From Candidatus Thorarchaeota archaeon (GTDB lineage Archaea > Asgardarchaeota > Thorarchaeia > Thorarchaeales > Thorarchaeaceae): DNA of 18,367 nt. The stretch covers positions 1 through 18,367 of the forward strand of contig JAOUFI010000044.1 in NCBI GenBank assembly GCA_029858305.1. The letters are read 5' to 3'. The translations under genes and the position numbers were made by a program. The notes beneath the pieces were generated by a model. It searched no databases. It was given only the letters and a program-made list of their open reading frames with translations, and had not been told where the DNA came from. Shown piece after piece: positions 9,236-17,426 of this stretch; positions within the stretch are counted from its first letter, which is position 1; every line of letters begins with the position of its first letter.

Positions 9236-9910
9236 GTGAGTTCAAGTGAACAACCAAAACAGGAGTATAAGAATCCGGTTGAGCGGCTGAAGATGCGAGT
9301 CATTGGCGTAATTGGATTACTCCTCCCCTTTCTTGCGTCCATTCCTCCTATAACCGCTTGGGGAGCTTTAATGACTGTTCCCTTTCTTATGTATCTTATA
9401 CTCGTAATGACCAATCCCACTGCTACTGTCCTGTATCCTGCAGAAATAATTAACATCGTTTCGTTTTTACTAGCGCTTCTACTCCTAGCTTACTCGGTAG
9501 GATATCTATGGATGAAAAAATCCGCAGGTCTGATCACAACTGGTCCGTATCGCTATGTTCGACACCCTCAATATTTCTCTATTATCGTTTTTACAACAAT
9601 CGTTACCTATCAAAGCGTATGGATCCTTCAACATACTTTTGGAATTGGTTGGCTCTCTGTTGAACAAACTATTGCACTATGGGTAGCCATGTTGGTTGCC
9701 TATACAATAATCGCATCAATTGAAGAGCTACATTTGAAGGAAGTCTATGGTTCGGAATGGATGGATTATAGAAACCGTGTTGGATTCTTACTTCCGTTTG
9801 TTCACTTTCATTCGAGAATTGTTGAGGCCATAGTCTGTATCATACTGCCCATACTTGTCCTCTTAGCACTGCTGAGTATCCCGACACCAGTTCCCTTGCC
9901 AGCACTCTGA
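9236..9910 (+). CDS. Isoprenylcysteine carboxyl methyltransferase (ICMT/PEMT/Ste14) family membrane protein
   Basis: LITTGPYRYVRHPQY and EELHLKEVYGSEWMDYRNRVGFLLP signature, with several TMs. The longest ORF starts at 9203, but GTG 9236 preceded by GGTGTGG is preferred. Confidence 0.85.
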   Translation: MSSSEQPKQEYKNPVERLKMRVIGVIGLLLPFLASIPPITAWGALMTVPFLMYLILVMTNPTATVLYPAEIINIVSFLLALLLLAYSVGYLWMKKSAGLITTGPYRYVRHPQYFSIIVFTTIVTYQSVWILQHTFGIGWLSVEQTIALWVAMLVAYTIIASIEELHLKEVYGSEWMDYRNRVGFLLPFVHFHSRIVEAIVCIILPILVLLALLSIPTPVPLPAL

Positions 9911-9956
9911 AATTATCAAGAGACCTACATCACGCTCCGACACACCTGGTCAGGGA

Positions 9957-10871
9957 TCACAGAGCTACGTATCGCTTTTTCTTTTCTTCAATGAGTCCCC
10001 TCTGAAGAAGAGAGGCAACGTGATGTTCAATCATCCATGTTTCAAATTGAAGGAAGACAGGATCAGTCAGAGAGGGGTATATTATTGCTCTGAGAGTTAT
10101 TTCAGCTATCGTACCTGCTCCATTCATTATCTCAGCGAGAACCAGATCTTCTCGCATCCCAATATGTCTTTGATAAGCTGCTAGTGCTGTCTTATAATCT
10201 TCAATTACAGGTGTTTGTAGATGACCACTTATTAGTCCGTTGTAGTCATTGTGTTGCAATCTTCTGATTGAGTCTTTGAAGTCAGAGATAGAGGAGTTGG
10301 GATGACCATAAAACGGTCCGAATTCTAGATCTAAGTCTATATCTGCGCCAAACACGAGATTAGATTCCAGTATCTCAATGCACATATGATCAGGAAGATG
10401 TCCAGGGGTGTAGACCATTCTAAGTGTATTATTGCCTAATGCAAACTTGTCACCATTATGCAATTCCTCATCGATCCGACCCTCTTCTAGTGCGCCAAAC
10501 ATCTTTGAATTCACTAAATTCTCCCAAAGTGGCCGAACTGGATTTGCTCGATGAAAACCAAGAAAGTTTTTCATTTTTTCCTTATCGTTGAATAGAGGTG
10601 CTGTAATATCATTTGCTGCAATTCTGCAACGTGATAATCGATTGAGGCGTACTGCATGAGTGATATGGTCTGGGTGGATGTGGCTAAGAATAACTGTTCC
10701 TATGTCGTTTAGGTTTAGATTCTGTGTCATTAAGAATGCACGAAGGTCTTCAATACTGCACCCAGGGTCGATTACAACAACTTCATCATCAAGAATGACC
10801 AAAGTGTTGCATTTTGGAAAGTGGCCACCGATGATAACATGTAGTCCTTGTGCTAGCTCAATATGAGTCAT
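9957..10871 (-). CDS. Metallo-beta-lactamase fold hydrolase with probable C-terminal winged helix
   Basis: VIDPG, SHIHPDH (HxHxDH), TPGH, GAD, SGH. The C-terminal segment TIAEIT...LLQRGLIEE is helix-turn-helix-like. Confidence 0.92.
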   Translation of the reverse strand: MTHIELAQGLHVIIGGHFPKCNTLVILDDEVVVIDPGCSIEDLRAFLMTQNLNLNDIGTVILSHIHPDHITHAVRLNRLSRCRIAANDITAPLFNDKEKMKNFLGFHRANPVRPLWENLVNSKMFGALEEGRIDEELHNGDKFALGNNTLRMVYTPGHLPDHMCIEILESNLVFGADIDLDLEFGPFYGHPNSSISDFKDSIRRLQHNDYNGLISGHLQTPVIEDYKTALAAYQRHIGMREDLVLAEIMNGAGTIAEITLRAIIYPSLTDPVFLQFETWMIEHHVASLLQRGLIEEKKKRYVAL

Positions 10872-10898
10872 CGGTCAATACCCCATCGAAGAAATACA

Positions 10899-10940
10899 AA
10901 AATGGCTATTGAGTCCAATCTGAGGACCAAAAGCCATTTT
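10899..10940 (-). terminator. Long imperfect hairpin, T-rich downstream on both strands
   Basis: AAAATGGCT (10899-10907) pairs with AGCCATTTT (10932-10940), with inner TTG/CAA and GTCC/GGAC pairs and a 7-nt loop. It lies 11 nt past the stop of the minus-strand gene ending at 10952. Confidence 0.5.
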
Positions 10941-10951
10941 ATTTTTTGGGA

Positions 10952-11341
10952 TTAGGTTCCAGTGGGTCGGACTTTCATATCGGCTTCTGCTCTTACAGCT
11001 TGACGCCAAGTCCTGAAGCTGCCCCACATAATTGGAAAAGCTCCCGCCATAACCAGCAATGTAATGAGCATAAGGTTGACAATATCAGATTTTGCAACTG
11101 TGATTCCTGCATTAATTCCATCCACCCAAAGACCTGTCATCATTAAGAGCGCGAGAGGAATGAACATAATCGTGAATGTAAAGAATATCAGAAAAGCCCT
11201 ACGAGGCGAAGCCTGAACAATTCTGGCAAAAATACCCAGTTGAGGATGTTTTTGCCAACGAGAACCCTCGTGAACTATCCAGAATAGGAAGAATATTATG
11301 ATCGCGATGATGAATATGAGTATGGTTATCTCTAGCCACAT
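10952..11341 (-). CDS. Hypothetical 3-TM membrane protein
   Basis: Three hydrophobic segments. ATG 11341 (MWLEIT) is preferred over 11404 because GAAGAGG precedes it and a TTTATA box lies about 40 nt upstream. Confidence 0.8.
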   Translation of the reverse strand: MWLEITILIFIIAIIIFFLFWIVHEGSRWQKHPQLGIFARIVQASPRRAFLIFFTFTIMFIPLALLMMTGLWVDGINAGITVAKSDIVNLMLITLLVMAGAFPIMWGSFRTWRQAVRAEADMKVRPTGT

Positions 11342-11532
11342 GGTAGGGGCCTCTTCGAGAAATTTCCGACACGTGTTACCTATAAAGGCTGCGGTTTGAG
11401 ACACACATGTATTGATAATTCCAGATTCAATCTGATGAATGATGAGGTTTTTTAGAATCAGTAAATTTTGCGATGGTAATGCTTATGCCTAGCACTCAAG
11501 TGCACATAATTGATTTAATGCTAAGTATCGCC

Positions 11533-12690
11533 TTAATCTTCAATATCCTTTGTTGATTTGGAATGTAGCGAATCCTTGCGTGATGTTTGTTTAGTTACTT
11601 TTTCTTTTCGTTGTTCATAGGCTACATCAGCTGTCATCCAGCTTATACCAACTCCCTGCGATTGTTTATCTGCTATTCTCTCTGCTTTTTGTATACTTCT
11701 AGATTCGTTCTCTCCTATGTTTCTCTTTGCAGGACTTCGATCTCTGATAGTCTTCTCTTTGATTTCACTTAATATTGCAGCAGTTCGCAGATTGTGTATG
11801 TAAAGATTGAGAAAGAATTCGGAGCTTGTAGTTGACATGTCAGGACTCAGATGTTGGCAACCGTCACAATCACATTCTTCAAAGACTGCTTTTCTCACTG
11901 GCTCAGGACGAGAACCAAGAAGGTACCTCCTCCTTGCAGTGATGTATAAGAGTGCTGAAGTATCGACACTATCAATTTCAATCTCATGAAGATAATAGTG
12001 AAGTAATCCCATGTGAGGAAGACCAAAAACATGTAACCAGAAATCCCGTGTAATCTTTCTAACATAGTATAATACTTTCTCAAGTGTTGTTTTGTTATGA
12101 TGGTATAATGGTATTATACCCCCCATCGCAAAGTGAGTAATTCCTTGTGATCGATAGAAATCAAAAAGGTCGTCGATGATACTCTCTGTGTGTCCTTGAA
12201 TGACTGCAATTATTTTTGAAGGGTGGATGATTTCGAGAAGGTCTATGAGATTCTGTTTGATGATCTTGATTTTCCTGTGGATGATCTCAATTTTCTCGTC
12301 TGGTAGAACGATTTCGTCTGGCGCTACAAAATAATCTGCTCCTGATAACTCATAAGCTTCGAAAATCTGTGAGTTCGATAGCTCGATATCTACCTGAATT
12401 CCTAATTCTTTCGCGATTCCTGCCTTGCGAGCTTCCACCTCAAATACCCCAGTATCTGCAACAAGAGCTTTATTTTTTGGAAATCCAAGGTCAATTAAGC
12501 CATCCTTCAGGGTCAATCCTGAACTTACAATTCTATCAAGCCAGAAATCATTCGATCTGTATATGTCATATGCAGTAAACAGGATCGCATCTGTATAGGG
12601 CCAACTAATGAGTGGCTCTGCACGAAATAGTTCAATAGAGCAAAAATGATTCTTTGGAATCAAACGAGATAATTTCATCTCCGATAACAT
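11533..12690 (-). CDS. Guanine transglycosylase (TGT-fold) paralog lacking the PUA domain
   Basis: ILFTAYDIY, VADTGVFE (DSG-type Asp), APDE, VIQG, AMGGIIP, LHVFGL, DSVDTS (nucleophile Asp), and the Zn site CDCDGC...HNL. Ends in an about 75-aa charged tail. Confidence 0.8.
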   Translation of the reverse strand: MLSEMKLSRLIPKNHFCSIELFRAEPLISWPYTDAILFTAYDIYRSNDFWLDRIVSSGLTLKDGLIDLGFPKNKALVADTGVFEVEARKAGIAKELGIQVDIELSNSQIFEAYELSGADYFVAPDEIVLPDEKIEIIHRKIKIIKQNLIDLLEIIHPSKIIAVIQGHTESIIDDLFDFYRSQGITHFAMGGIIPLYHHNKTTLEKVLYYVRKITRDFWLHVFGLPHMGLLHYYLHEIEIDSVDTSALLYITARRRYLLGSRPEPVRKAVFEECDCDGCQHLSPDMSTTSSEFFLNLYIHNLRTAAILSEIKEKTIRDRSPAKRNIGENESRSIQKAERIADKQSQGVGISWMTADVAYEQRKEKVTKQTSRKDSLHSKSTKDIED

Positions 12691-12770
12691 GCCCCCATGT
12701 TTTTTCTTACAAATTCATAAAGTAGAATTTCATTTTTCTGTGCTGTAGTTCGATATTTAAACAGGTCAGA

Positions 12771-14453
12771 TCAACGAGCTTTGTATCGAAATTGAGCTTC
12801 AAATGCCGCATGCAGTTCTTTGAGGGTCGTAGCTTCTTCTGGACTCTTGTCATCACGAATTCTTGTTATACGAGCAAATCTTAGGGCTAAGCCAGTTGCA
12901 TATTTTGGACTCTCTTGAATCTCTGCAGCTAATACCTCAACAACAACTTCAGGTTTGACCTTCACATAACCACGCGCTTTTGATACCTGAATCTGTTGAA
13001 GCCTATCAGTCATCTCCTGTAGCTCTTCATCTGTCAATCCCTTGAATGTCTTGCCAATCATAACAAATTCATTAGTATCTTCGTCAAGAACTGCAAGATG
13101 ATAATCTGAGAGCCAATTGCTCCTTCTACCATGTCCCCACTCTGCAGCAATGATTACCAGATCCAACGTATTCAATGTGTGCTTTATCTTCAACCAATGC
13201 TTTCCACGTACACCAGGGACATATGGTGAGTTCAGTAGTTTTGCCAGAAGCCCTTCATGTCCAATCTCCTTACTGCGATTAAAGAAATCTTCTGCAACCT
13301 TTAGCTTATCTGTTACAACTCGTTCAACAATCATTGAATTTGGTAAAACACTCTCTAAATGCGTTCTTCGTTTCGAATAAGGTTCATCTACAAGCACCAT
13401 TTCGTTCAATTGAAGTATATCAAAGACATAAAGAAGCATCTTTATTTCTTGAGGGGTTGTCTTACCTGCTTTGATTCTTCCAAATTTTCTCATGATTACT
13501 TGAAAGGGATATGGTTTTCCTTTCGAGTCCACAGCGACTACTTCTCCGTCCAAAATACAATCGTGAGTTTTAACCTTCTCATTGACCTCTCGAGCAATCT
13601 CAGAAAGGCTACTGGTTACATCATTCAGTCCTCGTGAGAAAATACGAACATGCTTTCCTTTTTTATGAATCTGCACTCTGGCCCCATCGAATTTCAACTC
13701 AAAAGAAACTCTTTTGCCATTTCCAATTTCTAGAGCTTCTTTCAAGTCAGTGATAGGACTAGCTAGCATTGGTTTTACTGCGACCATAAGTTTGACATTG
13801 ACCTTCTTCAGACCCACATTTCCATGTTCTAATGATATCTTAGCAACTTCTCCAAGATTGCCTGAGAAATTCCATGCTCTTCTAACTAATTCAATATTGA
13901 CAGAGAATGCTTCTGCGATTGACTCTGCAAGTAGACCCTGAGAAAGTCCTGTTCTCATATCATTCAGAATGAGTGCGACTAAATATCGAATCTCACGTGG
14001 CGAAGCTTCTGCAAGGAGGCTGGATATCAACAGTTGCTTTTCCTTTATCGATCCCTTTCCTCCAGCAATAGCAATCTTGGTGAATCTGCCACTTACAGAG
14101 TTTATTGTTAATTGTTCATGGAATAAAACCGACTGTTGGGAATGAGCCCTTGATTGCAGAAGTGATGCAATAGCCTCCCCCACATCACCCTCATAGAATT
14201 CTCCTAAATCTTCTTCCTTGAAATCGACTACATTGCGTAATGCTCCCATAAGATTGCTCCAAGATATATTTAGAACACGTTCGTCATTCTCTGGAAAGAT
14301 TTTCCCTGCTAGGAACATAGATGCTGAAGTAATCTCGTCTTTTTCAAGCTCTCTCAATAGTTTAGCAACAAGTTTAATCTTTTCTTTCTTCTTTGTAGTC
14401 TTACTCACCGCATCTAATGTCGTGACTAAGTTCAGAAAATCCATAATCTCCAC
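12771..14453 (-). CDS. lig: ATP-dependent DNA ligase (DBD + adenylation + OB domains)
   Basis: Motif I ELKFDGARVQIH, motif III ILDGEVVA, IIIa VFDIL, IV EGLLAK, V WLKIK, VI LRFARITRIRDDK. Confidence 0.97.
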   Translation of the reverse strand: MEIMDFLNLVTTLDAVSKTTKKKEKIKLVAKLLRELEKDEITSASMFLAGKIFPENDERVLNISWSNLMGALRNVVDFKEEDLGEFYEGDVGEAIASLLQSRAHSQQSVLFHEQLTINSVSGRFTKIAIAGGKGSIKEKQLLISSLLAEASPREIRYLVALILNDMRTGLSQGLLAESIAEAFSVNIELVRRAWNFSGNLGEVAKISLEHGNVGLKKVNVKLMVAVKPMLASPITDLKEALEIGNGKRVSFELKFDGARVQIHKKGKHVRIFSRGLNDVTSSLSEIAREVNEKVKTHDCILDGEVVAVDSKGKPYPFQVIMRKFGRIKAGKTTPQEIKMLLYVFDILQLNEMVLVDEPYSKRRTHLESVLPNSMIVERVVTDKLKVAEDFFNRSKEIGHEGLLAKLLNSPYVPGVRGKHWLKIKHTLNTLDLVIIAAEWGHGRRSNWLSDYHLAVLDEDTNEFVMIGKTFKGLTDEELQEMTDRLQQIQVSKARGYVKVKPEVVVEVLAAEIQESPKYATGLALRFARITRIRDDKSPEEATTLKELHAAFEAQFRYKAR

Positions 14454-14575
14454 TCATCTCATTCTGCCATAACCAATACTCTGTTTTGAATTTACTTCTC
14501 TCTATTATACATCATATTACACTGTTCGTTACATCTATAACACGGTAGTATGTGATTCTATTAGGTTGAATTCCT

Positions 14576-15166
14576 ATGGGTAGTATCTGGTTCAGTAAGA
14601 AAAGTTTCCTGTACTTTGGAGGAGCCGCCATCATCCTCATTGGAGGTTTGATTGTCGTGATGGCTCCCTACCATTACATAAATTTCTCTGTCACGCAAGC
14701 TGACCAACGAACCTTTGAGATGTACAACCAAGTGAACTATTACCCGCAGCTTGAGATTTCTGTGTCCTTACGACCTGGGAATCAAACGGACATCTTCATC
14801 GACCTGTCAATTATGGACAATAGTACTCTTGAAACAACGCCAGTAAATCTAACACTTACTGAAGAAAATCAAAAAATTGGGCCTGACAATATCATTCTCT
14901 ATGAGCATAGCTTAGTGATAGATCTTAGTGCTGGTAACTACACGGTAACTGTGGATCGGGTTCTAGGTGCAACTCTCATCGATTTGGGCCTAAATCAAAT
15001 TAGTGATTCTCGATTGTTCATTATTATCGGGGGCTCATTAAATATTATTGGGATTATCATGATAATAGGCGGCTATTGCGTTCCTGGAACATTTCTCCCC
15101 TCAGATAGCGATACTATCATTTCATGGGGATATGAGGAGGAAGAGCCTCAAGACACTACTCAATAG
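14576..15166 (+). CDS. Hypothetical 2-TM membrane protein with an extracellular beta-rich domain
   Basis: N- and C-terminal hydrophobic helices around an about 110-aa segment with sequons NFS, NQT, NST, NLT and NYT. Acidic tail. Confidence 0.8.
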   Translation: MGSIWFSKKSFLYFGGAAIILIGGLIVVMAPYHYINFSVTQADQRTFEMYNQVNYYPQLEISVSLRPGNQTDIFIDLSIMDNSTLETTPVNLTLTEENQKIGPDNIILYEHSLVIDLSAGNYTVTVDRVLGATLIDLGLNQISDSRLFIIIGGSLNIIGIIMIIGGYCVPGTFLPSDSDTIISWGYEEEEPQDTTQ

Positions 15167-15305
15167 AAATTTGGTGAAACACTAGTATATGTTTGATTCC
15201 GCACTTCTCTATCTGATTTTAATCTAGACTTAGTGTTACGCTGGAATGACGTCGGTTGTACACAGGCTCATGTTCATTCTATTCTTGGAACTATTGTTGA
15301 GAACC

Positions 15306-15542
15306 ATGGAGAACGATGAGATGAAATGGTTGCTTAAAGGGAAGATTGTCTGTGATTTCAGAGGCTTCCCACTGGGACGTGTAAAGAAGGTTTGGTTTGA
15401 TGAGAGCAATGGTCCAATGGTAATCATTGAACGAGATCACTCCCCTGATTACAACAAGAATTCATGGGAAGCTATTCCCTTACGAGCTGTTGATTCAGTA
15501 TCCGAACACGTTCGTTTGAAACCTCCCGTTTTTGCAGAGTGA
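15306..15542 (+). CDS. Small PRC-barrel domain protein
   Basis: LKGKIVCDFRGFPLGRVKKVWFDESNG...AIPLRAVDSVSEHVRLK fits the PRC-barrel pattern (GxxVxxxxGxxlGxVxxvxxD ... IPxxxVxxvxxxVxl). Start is probably 15306 or 15321 rather than 15246. Confidence 0.75.
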   Translation: MENDEMKWLLKGKIVCDFRGFPLGRVKKVWFDESNGPMVIIERDHSPDYNKNSWEAIPLRAVDSVSEHVRLKPPVFAE

Positions 15543-15574
15543 TATCTCAGCAATTCTCCAATGGAGGCAAAACA

Positions 15575-15910
15575 ATGCAACAGAGGATAACCATCGGCTA
15601 TGATCTTCTCAAAGATCAGACTGGAAATGAAGATCAATCTGAGCCCCTGCGAATAGATGTATATACGAGTGAATATTGTACTTTCTGTGATGATGCAATC
15701 AAGGCCGCAAAATCTGCTGCATGTCGCCTTTCTTATTTGATGAATCCTGTAGAGGTAAGAGAAACACCTGTTGATAATAATCCGGACTTGATAGAATCAT
15801 TGAATCTAATTGCTCTTCCTATGATTCAAGTTGGCCACGCGCGAATAATCGGAATTCCAACACCGGAGGATATTGAACGTTTGGTTCATGAATCAGTCTT
15901 AATGAGATAG
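15575..15910 (+). CDS. Thioredoxin/glutaredoxin-like protein (archaeal MJ0307/MTH807-like)
   Basis: IDVYTSEYCTFC (CxxC), IALPMIQV (cis-Pro strand), RIIGIPTPEDI. SD GGAGG 7 nt before ATG 15575. Confidence 0.82.
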   Translation: MQQRITIGYDLLKDQTGNEDQSEPLRIDVYTSEYCTFCDDAIKAAKSAACRLSYLMNPVEVRETPVDNNPDLIESLNLIALPMIQVGHARIIGIPTPEDIERLVHESVLMR

Positions 15911-15925
15911 TACGAGCTTTTTAGT

Positions 15926-16681
15926 TCAAGAGAAATTCAGTCCAAGAATCACCCAAGCATTCTCTTTCATAACCAAATTACGCGTTTCTACATTTAGATC
16001 AATTAAATTCAGTGCATCCATGATGTCGAGATATTGACTATGAAATCCTGAACCAAAAACGAGTTTCCTGACGCCAATATCTTGAACTAGAGCATCCAGA
16101 AAAACCCTAAGGGGCGACTCCACAATTTTGATGAATGTAGAGGATAATTCTAACCATATGTTTTGTCTGTTCATTAATGGAATTAATTGCGGAAATCCAA
16201 AGAGCCCTCCCATGCCTAGAATAATGAACTTCCCCTCAGAATAGACCTTTGTAATAGAATCTAGGAATGAAATTGTTTCACTCGTAGGCTCGCCAATTTG
16301 AAAATAAACAGGCATATCATTTGCTACAGCATTTTTAATTAGAGAAAGAGCTGCAGGATCAGATGGATAGTAAGTATCATCATTGAGAACAACTGCTCTA
16401 CAACCCATGTCAATATATTCTCGAAGTTTTTCTTTTGCTTCATCCATCGGACGCGGAATGATGGAACAGGCTGAAAATAATCTGTCTGGATAGATATCTG
16501 CCGCTCTAATGTACAGCTCCGTGCTTATTTTCGGTTCATTCGGAACAAGTACTGCCTTATCTATATCAAACAAGTTCATTCTTGATATTAGAATATCTAC
16601 TTCCTCATTGAGGTTATCGAGATTTACGTCAATCACTTCATTTTGGCTTGTTCCTAGGTGTGTGTGAATATCAGTTGTCAT
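15926..16681 (-). CDS. Amidohydrolase_2 family TIM-barrel protein with degenerate metal site
   Basis: DIHTHLG, IDKAVL, YPDRL, MPVYF, KFII.GMGG, NIWLELS, GVRKLVFGS, ENAWVIL follow the family layout. SD GAGGT. Confidence 0.82.
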   Translation of the reverse strand: MTTDIHTHLGTSQNEVIDVNLDNLNEEVDILISRMNLFDIDKAVLVPNEPKISTELYIRAADIYPDRLFSACSIIPRPMDEAKEKLREYIDMGCRAVVLNDDTYYPSDPAALSLIKNAVANDMPVYFQIGEPTSETISFLDSITKVYSEGKFIILGMGGLFGFPQLIPLMNRQNIWLELSSTFIKIVESPLRVFLDALVQDIGVRKLVFGSGFHSQYLDIMDALNLIDLNVETRNLVMKENAWVILGLNFS

Positions 16682-16793
16682 TGGATAACCTCGTGTATTC
16701 CATGTGAGTCTTCCTTTTCAGAATATGTATGATATGCTCTAGTTGCTATCAGTATCTCTATATACAACCCAGCGTCTTTGTATTTGAGTAATA

Positions 16794-17420
16794 TTGACCG
16801 AGGATAATGAAAAGGGTCATCAAACCATAGAGAAAAGATTGCGTACTATCGCTCATAATATTCAGCAGGACAAATATATGTTAATGGAGTATCTCGGTCC
16901 GGTTGTTGATGGTTGTCGAGCTGCTCTCAATGTTAGTGTTAAAGAAGCAAAGAATCTTCATGAAATCTCAGAAGAAAGATTTGAAGAATACATGCAAGCA
17001 ACCATGGAGTCCTTCAAAAATATCACACTTTGTTTCCGAGCTACCGATAGTGATGAGATTGCCTCAATTGTCTTTAATAATGGCAAGCCTGAAGTATTTG
17101 ACGAATGCATTGAGCCAGATGTTGAGATTGTCGCCGAGCATCATGCCTTGCTCGATATTCTGGATACAGACTCAAAGGTACTACCATCCGATCGACTTGG
17201 TGCCGATTTCCATGTGACAGGTGTAGATTCTCTCGATGTCGTACAGGGACTTGGTTTACTTTGCTATCCATCACTACTTCGTGTTGCGCAATCTGGTATT
17301 GACCCATCTTCACTTCTCTCGGAAGACGCAGATGCAGTGATTATGGCCACTGCATCAGACCTAGTCATCAAGATGATTAGAAAGTGGATAGATATTCAGA
17401 TAAAGGATTACAATAACTAA
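16794..17420 (+). CDS. Hypothetical protein with an SCP2 (sterol-carrier)-like central region
   Basis: 208-aa ORF. ITLCFRATDSDEIASIVFNNGKPEVFDECIEPDVEIVAEHHALLDIL...FHVTG resembles SCP2 strand order. TATATA lies about 30 nt upstream. The CDS is solid but the fold call is tentative. Confidence 0.65.
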   Translation: MTEDNEKGHQTIEKRLRTIAHNIQQDKYMLMEYLGPVVDGCRAALNVSVKEAKNLHEISEERFEEYMQATMESFKNITLCFRATDSDEIASIVFNNGKPEVFDECIEPDVEIVAEHHALLDILDTDSKVLPSDRLGADFHVTGVDSLDVVQGLGLLCYPSLLRVAQSGIDPSSLLSEDADAVIMATASDLVIKMIRKWIDIQIKDYNN

Positions 17421-17426
17421 TCTAGG

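Noticed and set aside
9236-9910. ICMT-like gene as evidence of eukaryote-like prenylation
   Set aside because: The family is widespread in prokaryotes, and no prenyltransferase or CaaX substrate is in the window.
15540-15590. Selenocysteine read-through at TGA stops (checked here and at the GNAT stop 3168)
   Set aside because: The domains are complete at the TGA, the downstream frames stop quickly, and no SECIS was recognised.
15575-15910. KaiB-like similarity (VDNNPDLIESLNLIALPMI...RIIG)
   Set aside because: An intact CxxC and overall fit to archaeal thioredoxins explain it, and no kaiC is in the window.
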